From: Candidatus Limnocylindrus sp.
GTDB lineage: Bacteria; Chloroflexota; Limnocylindria; Limnocylindrales; Limnocylindraceae
Length of the DNA: 55,009 nt
Direction of reading: 5' to 3'
Assembly (NCBI GenBank): GCA_046081085.1
Contig: JBJTVF010000017.1
Location: 1-55,009, forward strand
The notes under the pieces are model-generated. The model saw only the letters and a program-made list of their open reading frames with translations, had not been told where the DNA came from and ran no database searches. The translations under genes were made by a program, and so were the position numbers. This document shows positions 28,751 to 39,322 of this stretch, piece after piece; the stretch's first letter is position 1; the number at the start of each line of letters is the position of its first letter.

Positions 28751-30619
28751 CTACCGCCGCGGGGTGCTCGCCTTCGTAGCAGTTGTTAGCCCAAGTTCAC
28801 TCCACTGCTTCGCGTCAGCCTCTGATGGCGCTTCGAGCATGAGATCACTCCCCGACTGCGTCTTCGGGAAGGCCATCACTTCGCGAATGTTGACCTGGTT
28901 TGCCAACAACGCGGCCCAGCGTTCAACACCGATCGCAATGCCGCCGTGTGGCGGTGCGCCGTATTCAAACGCGTCGAGAAGTGCGCCAAACTTGGCGCGC
29001 GCATCGTCGAGAGAGTGCCCCATCAGTGCGAATGAACGCTCGAGCAGCGCACGATCATGGATGCGCACGGAGCCGCCACCAAGTTCCCAGCCGTTAAGAA
29101 CCACGTCGTACTGCTGCGCAAGAGCCCTGCCGGCCGGATCCCCTGCGGAACGCTTGCGTACGTCTCCGGAAGTTGTGGCGAGGAGTTCTACATGCTCGGG
29201 TACAGGAGCACTGAATGGATTGTGCGTCGCATCCCAGCGGCTTGACTCCTCATCCCATTGGTACATCGGGAAGCGGTGAACCCAGCAGAAGGCGAGGATC
29301 TCGGGATCTGCCATGTTCGCCTCAAGGGCGATCTCCACCCGTAGGCGTCCGAGTACTTCTGCCGAACGTACGCGCTCGCCCGCCACCGCGAGGATGAGAT
29401 CGCCCTCGGGTGCGGTAGCTTTGCCGCCACTCGCGCTCCAGATTGCCTCAACCGACTCTGGTGAGAGGAACTTGGCGATCGGTGATTTGATTTCACCATC
29501 TGACTGCAGGGCGATCCAGACAAGCCCACTCGCCCCGTGACGCTTCGCGCGTTCGGTGAGGTCATCAATCTCGGAGCGCGCAACGCCACCCTTCCCAGGG
29601 ACGCGAATGGCGCGGATTCGGCCGCCACTGGAACGAACATCATCAAAGACCTTGAAACCGGTGGCAGCGGGGAGTGCGGCGCCAAGGTCGATCAGTTCCA
29701 TTCCGTATCGAAGGTCTGGCTTGTCCGAACCGTAGCGTTCGAGCGCCTCTTCATACGTGAAGACAGGGAAAGGAACCTGCTGCATTGGCCGGTCGGGCCG
29801 TGTGCGCCTCGTCACCTCAATCACCATCTCTTCTACGAAGCCACGCACGCTCGCCTCGTCGACAAAGCTCATCTCAAGGTCGAGCTGGGTGAATTCGGGT
29901 TGACGGTCGCCGCGTAGATCTTCATCGCGGAAGCAGCGTGCAATCTGAAAGTAGCGGTCAAACCCAGCGACCATCAGAAGCTGCTTCATCTGTTGGGGCG
30001 ACTGCGGAAGGGCGTAGACGCTCCCCGGCTGAAGACGTGAAGGCACAATGAAGTCGCGCGCCCCTTCTGGTGTGGACTTGATGAGAATCGGCGTCTCGAC
30101 TTCAACAAAGCCGTGTTCGTGATGCACTTCGCGGATCGCCTGCACCATGGCGCTACGCATCAAGAGTCGGTCTCGCAACGGCTCGCGCCGGAGGTCAAGA
30201 TAGCGATGCTTCAGGCGGACGCTTTCGTCAATCGGTGCATCTGGCTCGTTGATGTAGAAGGGTGGCGTCTTAGACTGCGAGAGGATGCGCACCGAGTCGG
30301 CCGCCACTTCAATGGCCCCTGTTGGGAGCTTCTCATTCTCCGTCCCAGCACGACGTGGGGTAACAACCCCTTCGACCGCAATGACCCACTCAATTCGTGC
30401 GTCGACGAGCGCTGCGTGTGCCTCTGGCGCGGTCGCTGCATCCACCACCACCTGCACGATGCCGTAGCGATCGCGAAGGTCAATGAAGACGAGGCTGCCA
30501 TGGTCTCGGCGACGGTGGATCCAGCCAGCGAGACGGAGACGACGCCCAGCATCGCTTGCGCGCAGTGCGCCGCAGACGTCAGTGCGAAGGCCAGTTGCGA
30601 GTCGTCCTGATTCGCTCAT
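28751..30619 (-). CDS. aspS: Aspartate--tRNA ligase (likely non-discriminating Asp/Asn)
   Basis: RRDHG, STPEGARDF, LPQSPQ, FRDEDLRGDRQPEFTQ, GGGSVRIH, PPHGG; the His in RDHG is typical of ND-AspRS. Confidence 0.97.
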   Translation of the reverse strand: MSESGRLATGLRTDVCGALRASDAGRRLRLAGWIHRRRDHGSLVFIDLRDRYGIVQVVVDAATAPEAHAALVDARIEWVIAVEGVVTPRRAGTENEKLPTGAIEVAADSVRILSQSKTPPFYINEPDAPIDESVRLKHRYLDLRREPLRDRLLMRSAMVQAIREVHHEHGFVEVETPILIKSTPEGARDFIVPSRLQPGSVYALPQSPQQMKQLLMVAGFDRYFQIARCFRDEDLRGDRQPEFTQLDLEMSFVDEASVRGFVEEMVIEVTRRTRPDRPMQQVPFPVFTYEEALERYGSDKPDLRYGMELIDLGAALPAATGFKVFDDVRSSGGRIRAIRVPGKGGVARSEIDDLTERAKRHGASGLVWIALQSDGEIKSPIAKFLSPESVEAIWSASGGKATAPEGDLILAVAGERVRSAEVLGRLRVEIALEANMADPEILAFCWVHRFPMYQWDEESSRWDATHNPFSAPVPEHVELLATTSGDVRKRSAGDPAGRALAQQYDVVLNGWELGGGSVRIHDRALLERSFALMGHSLDDARAKFGALLDAFEYGAPPHGGIAIGVERWAALLANQVNIREVMAFPKTQSGSDLMLEAPSEADAKQWSELGLTTATKASTPRR

Positions 30620-31899
30620 GCTCTCCTTTCGGTTCGCTTCACGAGTGCGGCAACGGCGCGCAGCACGCTCGCCTCATCAGTCGGCTCTTCCTGTTTGCCA
30701 TCGATCATGGCTCGAAGGCTATAGCGACCATCGGGTTCCACAATGATGACGGCGACCGCTCCGTCACGCGACGCACCTTCAAGCTGCTTGCCGATCTTAC
30801 GGGGAGTAACGTCGGCGCGTGCGGCAGACCCTGCAGCCCGAAGTAGCGAGGCGAGCCGAATGCGTGCCCCGATGCTCCCCTCGTCGATCCCGCAGATCAC
30901 CGTCAGTGGTTGCGCGGCTGCGCGGATCTCAATCTTCCGATCGTGAAGCGCATGGACCACGCGGTCCACACCGATCGCAAAGCCGATGGCGGGGGTTGGA
31001 CCACCACCGATGAGCGCCGCAAGTCCGTCATAGCGTCCACCGCCACCGAGTGCTCCCTGCTGCCCCTCCTCGCCAGGGAGGAGGTACTCCCATGCGGTGC
31101 GATTGTAGTAGTCGAGTCCGCGCACCAAACGTGGGGACTCAATCACCTTGACGCCAGCAACGGCGAGGCCCGCGCGAACGACGTCCGCATGCACGGCGCA
31201 TGCATCACAGAGGTGACCGGGGAGTGCAGGTGCGCTCTCCGCCCGCCGCATGACAGCCGCATCCTTTGAGTCCAGCAGGCGGAGTGGATTATCACGGAGC
31301 CGAGTCCGGTCGACCTCTCCAAGCTCTCCTTCAATCGGGGCGAAGTGCGCCCGGAGCGCTGCCGCATAGGCGGGTCGACAGTCGCTACAGCCAACAGAGT
31401 TGAAATGAACTTCAACGCCGGTAAGCCCAAGCTGGTTCAGGAAACTTGCGCCGAGTTCAATCACCTCAACATCGATCCCGGGGCCAGCGTCGCCGATCGC
31501 CTCAACGTTGAACTGCGTAAATTGGCGATAGCGACCCTTCTGTGGTCGGTCATGACGGAAGAATGGCGCGACGGTGACGAGACGAACCGGCTGCGGGGCA
31601 CTGCGCATCCCATGCTGGATGTACGCGCGGAGGATCCCCGCTGTTGCCTCCGGTCGCAGCGCGAGAGGCGTGGAATCCTCTGCATGCGGAGCGAGTCGAT
31701 AGAGCTCCTTTGCAACCACGTCGGTAGAGCCACCAATGCCACGCTCAAAGAGTGCACTCTCTTCCGCGATTGGCGAGATGATGCGCTGATAGCCCGCCGC
31801 CTCCGCGGCGGCGTATGCCGCTCGCTCAACAGCAGCGACGGCAGCGGCATCTGCGCCGAAGAGGTCGCGCATCCCGCGCGGTGCCTGGAAGCCGCTCAC
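30616..31899 (-). CDS. hisS: Histidine--tRNA ligase
   Basis: LRPEATA, RPQKGRYRQF, LVRGLDYY, GGGRYDGL. Confidence 0.97.
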   Translation of the reverse strand: MSGFQAPRGMRDLFGADAAAVAAVERAAYAAAEAAGYQRIISPIAEESALFERGIGGSTDVVAKELYRLAPHAEDSTPLALRPEATAGILRAYIQHGMRSAPQPVRLVTVAPFFRHDRPQKGRYRQFTQFNVEAIGDAGPGIDVEVIELGASFLNQLGLTGVEVHFNSVGCSDCRPAYAAALRAHFAPIEGELGEVDRTRLRDNPLRLLDSKDAAVMRRAESAPALPGHLCDACAVHADVVRAGLAVAGVKVIESPRLVRGLDYYNRTAWEYLLPGEEGQQGALGGGGRYDGLAALIGGGPTPAIGFAIGVDRVVHALHDRKIEIRAAAQPLTVICGIDEGSIGARIRLASLLRAAGSAARADVTPRKIGKQLEGASRDGAVAVIIVEPDGRYSLRAMIDGKQEEPTDEASVLRAVAALVKRTERRA

Positions 31900-34151
31900 T
31901 GGCGCTGCTCCCGTGCCACGCTGCGCACACCACGAACTCGCTCAATACGCGCCATCAGGCGCGCGAGTTCGCTTATGGAGCCAACCGCGAGGGTTGTCAG
32001 CACTTCCGCGTTACCAGAACCGGTCATCCCAACCGATGCGGCGAGGATGTTGACCTTCTGGTCGGCCACTACTTGCGAGATGTCGGAGAGGAGCCCGGTT
32101 CGGTCGGAAGCCTCAATGCGAATGGTGACTGGATAACTCTCGGTAGTCGCGGGTGCGATCTCCCACTCCACGTCAATGAGTCTGGAGGCCTCACGTGCCG
32201 ACGAGGAGGTGGAGCAACTTGCAAGGTGCACTGTCACTCCCTTACCGCGCGTGATGAACCCGACAATTGGGTCACCTGGAAGCGGCCGGCAGCAGCGTCC
32301 GAACCTTGTGAGGAGGTCTGGAACCCCCTTCACTCGGATCCCGCCCGTGCGCTCCGCAGGAACTACCTGTTGAGGCGCCACACTGAACGGGAGAATCTCG
32401 TGCGCATCATCTGAGGCCACACCGAGACGTGAGACCACCTGCTGCGGTCCGATCGCGCCGTAGCCGATCGCCGCGAAGAGATCGTCCGCACTCCCCTGAT
32501 TGAGCTGCTTCGCCACCTCCTCGATGCGATCTTTTCCAACCGCCTCGAGCGAACTGCGCGCTAGACGTCGTAGCTCGCGCTCCAACGACTCTCGCCCATG
32601 GGCGATGTTCTCGTCACGCTCCTGATGCTTGAACCACTGCCGAATCTTGTCGCGCGCTTGACGCGTCGCCACAATCGCCAGCCAGTCGCGGCTTGGACCG
32701 TGCTTTCCGCGCGCCGTCACCACCTCAACGATATCGCCAGACTTGAGCCGATACTCGAGTGGTACGAGACGATTGTTCACTTTGGCCCCAATGCAACGGT
32801 GTCCGATATCTGTATGAACGAGATATGCAAAATCGAGAGGTGTCGCTCCGGCGGCGAGTTCCTTTACGTCACCCTTTGGCGTGAACACGTAAACCTGATC
32901 TTGGAAGACGTCCAAACGAACGCCTTCAAGAAACTCAGATGCATCGGTGACATCTCGCTGCCACTCCAGGAGCTGCCGAAGCCATGCCAGTTTCGCGTCA
33001 TAAGCCGCATCCGACCTGCTCCCATCCTTGTAGCGCCAGTGCGCTGCGATCCCTACCTCAGCAACCTCGTGCATCGAGCGAGTTCGAATCTGGACCTCAA
33101 GCGGCCGTCCATCGAGCGCGACCACCGCCGTGTGAAGGCTCTGATAGAGATTGTTCTTTGGGACTGCAATGTAATCATCAAACTGGCCAGGGATCGGACG
33201 CCACACTGAGTGAACAGCGCCAAGGGCCGCGTAGCACTCACGAAGGTCATTGACCACAATGCGGATCGCGAAGACATCATAAATCTCAGAGAAATCGGTG
33301 TTCTTTCGAGACATCTTCTTGTGGATGGAGTAGAGGTGCTTCGCGCGACCGGTGAACTCGGCATGAATGCCTGCGCGCTCCAACTCCGGGCGGAGCACTT
33401 CAATCGCTCGCGTCACGTACGCTGCCCGAGCATCACGGCGCATGTCAACGAGTCGGGCGAGCTCATGGTACCGCTCGGGTTCGAGGGCCTTGAAGGCGAG
33501 ATCCTCGAGCTCCCACTTCACCTGCCAGATGCCGAGACGCTCAGCGAGTGGCGCGTAGATCTCCAGGGTTTGCCGCGCGATGCGCCGCTGCTTATCAATG
33601 CCGAGTGCTGCAAGCGTGCGCATGTTGTGCAGACGATCGCCGAGCTTGATCAGCACGACGCGGATGTCTTGCGACATTGCCAAGAACATCTTTCGAATGT
33701 TCTCCGCATGCTGTTCCTCTGCGGTGAGAGCGGAGAACTTGCTCAACTTCGTGACGCCATCCACGAGGGTGGCAACCTCGTCTCCGAAACGTTCTCCGAT
33801 CTCCGTTGTGGTGACGCCGGTATCCTCTGGAACATCGTGTAGGAGTGCTGCAGCAAGCGTGGTCGCATCAAGGCCAAGATCGGCGAGGATCAGTGACGCC
33901 TCTGCTGGATGTGTCACATATGGCTCTCCAGAGGCACGCACTTGCTCTCCGTGTGCCTGCACGGCGAAATCGAATGCCGCTGCAACAAGTGTTGCGGCGC
34001 TCGCATCTTCGTGGTGTGCAGACACCTTTGCGAGGAGCTTCTCGCGCAGCTCAGCGACTGGGCGAGCAAGCGCGCGAACCTTTGCGATCGCGTCGGGAAG
34101 CTGCGGCGCCTGGGCGCCATCGCGACTGATCGGCTGCGGTTCTGCGCTCAT
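31896..34151 (-). CDS. relA: Bifunctional (p)ppGpp synthetase/hydrolase Rel
   Basis: RASGEPY, HDVPEDT hydrolase site, DRLHNMRTL, YQSLHT, EVQIRT, AAHWRYK, TGS, CC and ACT domains. Confidence 0.97.
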   Translation of the reverse strand: MSAEPQPISRDGAQAPQLPDAIAKVRALARPVAELREKLLAKVSAHHEDASAATLVAAAFDFAVQAHGEQVRASGEPYVTHPAEASLILADLGLDATTLAAALLHDVPEDTGVTTTEIGERFGDEVATLVDGVTKLSKFSALTAEEQHAENIRKMFLAMSQDIRVVLIKLGDRLHNMRTLAALGIDKQRRIARQTLEIYAPLAERLGIWQVKWELEDLAFKALEPERYHELARLVDMRRDARAAYVTRAIEVLRPELERAGIHAEFTGRAKHLYSIHKKMSRKNTDFSEIYDVFAIRIVVNDLRECYAALGAVHSVWRPIPGQFDDYIAVPKNNLYQSLHTAVVALDGRPLEVQIRTRSMHEVAEVGIAAHWRYKDGSRSDAAYDAKLAWLRQLLEWQRDVTDASEFLEGVRLDVFQDQVYVFTPKGDVKELAAGATPLDFAYLVHTDIGHRCIGAKVNNRLVPLEYRLKSGDIVEVVTARGKHGPSRDWLAIVATRQARDKIRQWFKHQERDENIAHGRESLERELRRLARSSLEAVGKDRIEEVAKQLNQGSADDLFAAIGYGAIGPQQVVSRLGVASDDAHEILPFSVAPQQVVPAERTGGIRVKGVPDLLTRFGRCCRPLPGDPIVGFITRGKGVTVHLASCSTSSSAREASRLIDVEWEIAPATTESYPVTIRIEASDRTGLLSDISQVVADQKVNILAASVGMTGSGNAEVLTTLAVGSISELARLMARIERVRGVRSVAREQRQ

Positions 34152-35704
34152 GTGCGCTGAGGATAGCCGAGCGAGGTGAGCACCTCAGTTGCCACCCTCA
34201 CCTCATCCCACTCCTCCGCACCTCCGCTGCGCTCGATCGTCCGCTCATGCCCCTTCCCCGCGAGCAGCACGACGTCACCGGAGCGCGCTTCACCGATCGC
34301 CGCCCTGATCGCTGCCCGACGGTCGTGGAGCACCGTGATCCGATCCTTTGCCGCCGCGCCAGCGTGCGCCACCGCGGCATCGAAGATCGCGGCAGCAATC
34401 ACATCAGGGCTCTCTCCGCGCGGATCCTCATCTGCGATCCAGACCCGCTCTGCCTCGGTGCAGACGCGCCCGATCGCGGATCGACGTCCGGCGTCTCGTT
34501 CCCCTGCGGCACCTGTCACTAGGAGTACGCGGCCACCTAGGGTTGCGAGCGTTCTGGCCACCTGTATCGCCGCTTGAAGCGATTGGCCGTTGTGCGCGAA
34601 ATCTACGATCACTGGGAAGGGTTGCCCGCAGGAGATGCGCTCGCTCCGACCCGGCGGACCGGGCTCGTCAGAAACTGCTGCGATCGCTGGCGCAAGCGGG
34701 AGTCCCCACGCCGCTATGAGGGCAAGGGCCGCGGCAGCGTTGAGCGCGTTGATGCGCCCTGGCATGCGCAACTTCACAAGGTGCCGAGCGCCGTCCAACA
34801 AGAGCGCTCCGTCTTCCGCAACATCAAAGTCGACCACTTTGACCCCAGCCGCATCTGCCGCAGCAACAAACGGTGCAAGGGCGGGATCTGCACGCCGAAT
34901 CACGGCGAGCGGAGCGAGGCCAGCTGCACGACTCGCGTATGAACCGGTGATGCGCGAGATCAGGAGCAACTTTGCCGCGCGGTACGCGTCAATCGTTCCA
35001 TGCAGGTCAAGGTGATCCGAACCGAAGTTTGTGAACACACCAGCCGCGTAAGAGATCCCGGCCACACGATCAAGCGCGAGTCCGTGACTCGTGGTTTCCG
35101 CGACAACCGCGCGGTCGCCAGCGCGTCGAGACTCTTTGAGTTGCGCCTGCAGCACTGGCGCCTCAGGTGTGGTCTGATGCATCGGGGTTGGACGCTGCAC
35201 TCCCCCAACACGGGCGATCGCCGTTGAGAGGAGCCCTGCAGGGATACCGGCAGCGGTGAGCGCCGTCGAAAGGAACGTTGCGGTAGTTGTCTTCCCATCA
35301 GTTCCCGTCACGCCAATCACGATCAATCCTTCGGATGGGTCATCCTCCCACCAGGCGGCCGCCTCCGCAAGCGCACGACGAGCGTGCGTCACCATGATCA
35401 CGAGTTGCGTTCGACGGCCTTGCGCCTTCAGGATCAAATCCGCCTCAGCAGGCTCGGCAAGGGTGGCGATCGCCCCGCGGGCAAACGCATCTGCCGCAAA
35501 CTCTGCGCCGTTAGCGCGTGCGCCACGAATTGCAACGAAGATTCCGCCAGGACGCATCAAACGCGAGTCACTCTGAATCCCTGAAGTGATCTCCTCCGTC
35601 GTTCCGGTCAACTCCTCCGCAACATTCACGTGAAGGAGACCGCGTTCGCGCAGTCGCGCCATGAGCGCACGGATCGTTCTCTCTGGCCGAACTTGCGCGT
35701 TCAT
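34148..35704 (-). CDS. murE: UDP-MurNAc-tripeptide synthetase MurE
   Basis: DSR, VTGTDGKTTT, TTPE, SHGL, DHLDLH, VDFAHN, EDPR, LAGKGHE. Confidence 0.9.
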   Translation of the reverse strand: MNAQVRPERTIRALMARLRERGLLHVNVAEELTGTTEEITSGIQSDSRLMRPGGIFVAIRGARANGAEFAADAFARGAIATLAEPAEADLILKAQGRRTQLVIMVTHARRALAEAAAWWEDDPSEGLIVIGVTGTDGKTTTATFLSTALTAAGIPAGLLSTAIARVGGVQRPTPMHQTTPEAPVLQAQLKESRRAGDRAVVAETTSHGLALDRVAGISYAAGVFTNFGSDHLDLHGTIDAYRAAKLLLISRITGSYASRAAGLAPLAVIRRADPALAPFVAAADAAGVKVVDFDVAEDGALLLDGARHLVKLRMPGRINALNAAAALALIAAWGLPLAPAIAAVSDEPGPPGRSERISCGQPFPVIVDFAHNGQSLQAAIQVARTLATLGGRVLLVTGAAGERDAGRRSAIGRVCTEAERVWIADEDPRGESPDVIAAAIFDAAVAHAGAAAKDRITVLHDRRAAIRAAIGEARSGDVVLLAGKGHERTIERSGGAEEWDEVRVATEVLTSLGYPQRT

Positions 35705-36798
35705 CGGCCGCCGACCGCCAGACGACGAAGCGCAGCTCGGAGCCGAGCGCCTAGTGGGTTGACCACAATACGATGCGCGCCACTCATCTCAACCCATGAT
35801 GCGCCAAAGGAGCGCTTGAATGTATAGAGCCCATACATGCGATCCCCAGGCTCCGGAGTCTCACGGTAACCAGCGATGTCAGCCCCACCGAGGTCGGCAA
35901 TCCTCCCTTCGATGCGCGCCTGATTGATCAGGGTCCATCGCAAGAGCGGCACCACGCCCACGGGTGCTCGGTCGCCAAGATCGCGGGACCCGGCGTGATG
36001 ACTGGTGAGGCGTTCACCGTGTCGGAGCGCCGTCTCCACCGCGGCGAGCGTGCCGTCCGGAAGCTCAGCGAGCCACACCTCCATCTGCTCAGCGCGCATC
36101 AGATCCGACCAGGTTGGGAGCGTTCGGGCCGGGTCAATCGTTGGAAAACCACGCCTGACCGCTGTCTCGTTCACGATGTCGGCAACGTTCGCAAGGAGCA
36201 CTCCATCTGGTGCATCGAGGCGGCGGACGGAGACGCCGGCACGACGCGCCGCACTCACCTCGTTCCGCTTCGTCGCATTGACCTGCGCGAAGAGCGCCTC
36301 CTCGCTCTGTCCGCGCATCGCACTCGCGCGGATCCACATTGAGTGACGACTGAAGAAACTCTCTTCGCACGGGGAGAATCCCGCGGCGCTCCATGCATCG
36401 CGGAGTGACGGGCTCTCCTGAGCCCAGGGATCAACGCGCAACTCCACCACCCCCTCCTCGCGACGCAGCCAGTGAGCCACGCGCCTGAGCAGTTCAGGGA
36501 TCTGTATGAGCTCGTCTGCTGGGACGTCCGCCACGACTGCAGGGCCACGCGAGATACTTGCGACGCCGAGACCAAGGATCGGTAGTCGCCGCACCGTCAC
36601 AAGGAGCGGCGCCCCATCCACGTAGAGCGGGACAACGCGTATTCCGCGCCGCATCCGATCAGCAGCAAATGCGCTCCCTTGGTGCATGTCCCCACCAGGC
36701 GCAGTGACCGCACGCTCATCCCATTCGGCACGCAACACAGGATCCTGGAAGAGGTTTGCAGGTGCGCGCTCAATTCCAGTGGTGCCGACGCGCGTCAC
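35701..36798 (-). CDS. FemABX-family lipid II aminoacyl transferase (interpeptide bridge)
   Basis: SRGP, LRVDP, ARRAGV, LLRW, DLGG, GLYTFKRSFG motifs; lies between murJ and murE. Confidence 0.8.
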   Translation of the reverse strand: MTRVGTTGIERAPANLFQDPVLRAEWDERAVTAPGGDMHQGSAFAADRMRRGIRVVPLYVDGAPLLVTVRRLPILGLGVASISRGPAVVADVPADELIQIPELLRRVAHWLRREEGVVELRVDPWAQESPSLRDAWSAAGFSPCEESFFSRHSMWIRASAMRGQSEEALFAQVNATKRNEVSAARRAGVSVRRLDAPDGVLLANVADIVNETAVRRGFPTIDPARTLPTWSDLMRAEQMEVWLAELPDGTLAAVETALRHGERLTSHHAGSRDLGDRAPVGVVPLLRWTLINQARIEGRIADLGGADIAGYRETPEPGDRMYGLYTFKRSFGASWVEMSGAHRIVVNPLGARLRAALRRLAVGGR

Positions 36799-38366
36799 GA
36801 GCGAGGCCCCACGCGCGCGCGGAGCGCAGAGGTGGCGTGACGCAAGGCATCAAGAGGGGCGGTCGCTGCCGTTAGGCCGAATCGCCTGCTTATGCCGAGA
36901 TACGCAAGGAGCCCAATGGATGCGGCGAGGCTGTCCGAAAGCGCGCGCAAGAGGAATGTCTCCCGAGTGAATAGCGTCCCGAGTACGGTCGCGAAGGAAA
37001 CCGCAATCGCGAGCGCAGCGAGGGAGGCGAGAAGGACTGCACCGATCGGGTTCGCAAGATCGCGGAAGAGACGTCCATCAAGATGAGCGCGCAGTCTGAG
37101 CAGAAGAAGCAGCGACTCTAGGAGCTCACCGATGAGCACCGCAACGGCAAGCCCGGCAAATCCGAAGGCCCCGATCAGCGGGGTGACACTGAGCGCCATG
37201 GTTGCGGCGCCGATCAGACTGCAGAGCACTGGACCTGCGGTGTCCCCACTGCCGTAGCAGAGGCGCGTCGCCACACTGGTGATCCCCTGGATCGGGAGGC
37301 TGAGGAGTAGCAGGCTGAGCCCGGCAGCGAGCAGTGTGCCGACGGCGCTTGCTGGATCGATCCCGAGTGCGAGCTGCGCGGGATTCGCCGCGAAGAGCGC
37401 ACCGAGGAGCGCGACCGGAGTGAGCATCCAGAGCACCGCACCGAGCGTTGTCCGTGAAACCCGCCCAAGACCCACACGACCCTCGGTGTGCAACACACGT
37501 GCGGCAACGGGGAGGAGTGCGGTGCCAATCGAACCAGCCACCATGGCGAGTGGCAACTGAACCACCGAGAGCGCGTATGACCAGGCGGTGATGCTTCCCG
37601 CACCGAGGGTACTCGCGGCGGCAATCAGTCCGGTGAGGACCACCTGGATCGCCAGGAGTCCACCAATGCGTGGTGCGAGTGAACGGAGGGCGCCGAATAG
37701 CAGCGGATCACGGAACGAGGGGCGCACCAACCGAAGTCCGCCGGCTCGAGCGTCAAACAGCGCGATTGCGGCGAAGAGGGATGCGCCTACCACCGTGCCG
37801 ACTGCCGGTGCGGTCGTCCCGAAGGCAGAAGCGCCGAGGAGCGTGAAGAGGATGACCGAGAGGTTGTACACCAACGGCCCGATAGAAGAGGCGAAGAATC
37901 TTTCGCTCGTCGCACTCCAGACGCTCGCCACAGCAACGATCCCGAGGCCAACCGAAGATGGGGCCAAGATACGGCTCAGCTGCGCAACTTCATCCTGGCC
38001 GGCGGGACCAATCCCTGGTGCAAGCACCTGCGCCAATCCGGAGGCGAGAAGGATGGCGACGAGCGCAACGGCAAACCCAAGAAGTCCGAAGAGAAGATAG
38101 ACGGCGCTGATGAGTCGATGTGCTCGCGCCGGATCACCTTCGGTTCGCAGGCGGACAACGAGTGGGACGAGCACACTGGAGAGCGGCCCCGCTGCAATCA
38201 ACTGATAGATGATGTCCGGCACCTTGAAGGCTGCAAGGTACGGATCAAGTCGACCGTCGGCACCAAACGCACCGAGGAGCACGATCAGTCGCACCCAACC
38301 GAGCAGGCGTGATGCGAAGGCGGCAACGGAGAGGAGTACGCTGTTGCGGACGGCCTGACTCGTCAT
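36795..38366 (-). CDS. murJ: Lipid II flippase MurJ (MviN)
   Basis: SRLLGWVR, AFKVPD, G.LSSVLVP, QLP..GT.LLP; many TM segments. Confidence 0.9.
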   Translation of the reverse strand: MTSQAVRNSVLLSVAAFASRLLGWVRLIVLLGAFGADGRLDPYLAAFKVPDIIYQLIAAGPLSSVLVPLVVRLRTEGDPARAHRLISAVYLLFGLLGFAVALVAILLASGLAQVLAPGIGPAGQDEVAQLSRILAPSSVGLGIVAVASVWSATSERFFASSIGPLVYNLSVILFTLLGASAFGTTAPAVGTVVGASLFAAIALFDARAGGLRLVRPSFRDPLLFGALRSLAPRIGGLLAIQVVLTGLIAAASTLGAGSITAWSYALSVVQLPLAMVAGSIGTALLPVAARVLHTEGRVGLGRVSRTTLGAVLWMLTPVALLGALFAANPAQLALGIDPASAVGTLLAAGLSLLLLSLPIQGITSVATRLCYGSGDTAGPVLCSLIGAATMALSVTPLIGAFGFAGLAVAVLIGELLESLLLLLRLRAHLDGRLFRDLANPIGAVLLASLAALAIAVSFATVLGTLFTRETFLLRALSDSLAASIGLLAYLGISRRFGLTAATAPLDALRHATSALRARVGPRS

Positions 38367-39322
38367 CGGCCACCTCCTCGGCGCGCACGCGGGTGAGCGG
38401 ACGCATAGAGGCCGCGCAGCCGAGTCGTTGAGACATGGGTGTAGACCTGCGTTGTCCCGAGACTCTCGTGGCCGAGAAGCTCCTGGACGACGCGCAAGTC
38501 TGCACCACCGTCGAGGAGATGCGTTGCGAACGAGTGTCGCAACGTGTGCGGGTGGAAACCTGCTGGAAGGCCGGCACGTCTCGCCGTCGCATCGAGACGC
38601 GCGCGAGCGCCACGCTCGCCAAGAGGCGCGCCGTTTCGATTCAAGAAAAGTGCAGACGACTTCTTATCAGACGAGGACATCAACCGCGGTCGCCCGTCCG
38701 CAAGGTAGCGCTGGAGTGCACTCACACACGGTGACCCAAAGAGCGCGATTCGCTCCTTTTCGCCCTTCCCTGTTATGCGCACCTCACCCCGTACAAGATC
38801 AAGGTCGCGCACGCCTATTGAGACGACTTCTGCAACCCGAAGACCCGCGCCGTAAAGAAGTTCAATCAGCGCAGCATCTCGCAGCGCAAACTCCACAGGC
38901 TCACCCGAAGCGGCCGTATCGATGAGGCGCGACACCTGATCCGCGCTCAGGACGTCAGGGAGTCGTCGCTCCCGTTGCGGTCGCGCCAGCGCGTGCAGCG
39001 GATCGCTCGGCACGCTCCCTTGTCGCACCCAGAAGCGATAGAACGTGCCGAGCGCCGCCAGGCGCTGCTGTACGGTGGAGCGCTGCGCGCCCTCACCAAG
39101 GCGAGCGACGTAACGTCGAAGGTCGGCCCGTGCGGGTTTGCGCCAATCAATGCCTTCGCCATCGGACCACTCAAGAAATCGTTCAACCACCGTGCGATAT
39201 GAACGGGTTGTTGCCGCTGAGAGCGTGCGGGCCGCAAGGTGCTGCATGAAGGTGGCGACGCGAGGATCCGATGCGGACGCTCCGCCGCGCGTCACTGGAG
39301 CCGCTCTCCGGCCCCCACTCAT
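38363..39322 (-). CDS. xerC: Tyrosine recombinase XerC
   Basis: RDxALIELLYGAGLRVAE, GKGEKER, HPHTLRHSFATHLL, LGHESLGTTQVY; topA-xerC synteny. Confidence 0.88.
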   Translation of the reverse strand: MSGGRRAAPVTRGGASASDPRVATFMQHLAARTLSAATTRSYRTVVERFLEWSDGEGIDWRKPARADLRRYVARLGEGAQRSTVQQRLAALGTFYRFWVRQGSVPSDPLHALARPQRERRLPDVLSADQVSRLIDTAASGEPVEFALRDAALIELLYGAGLRVAEVVSIGVRDLDLVRGEVRITGKGEKERIALFGSPCVSALQRYLADGRPRLMSSSDKKSSALFLNRNGAPLGERGARARLDATARRAGLPAGFHPHTLRHSFATHLLDGGADLRVVQELLGHESLGTTQVYTHVSTTRLRGLYASAHPRARRGGGR

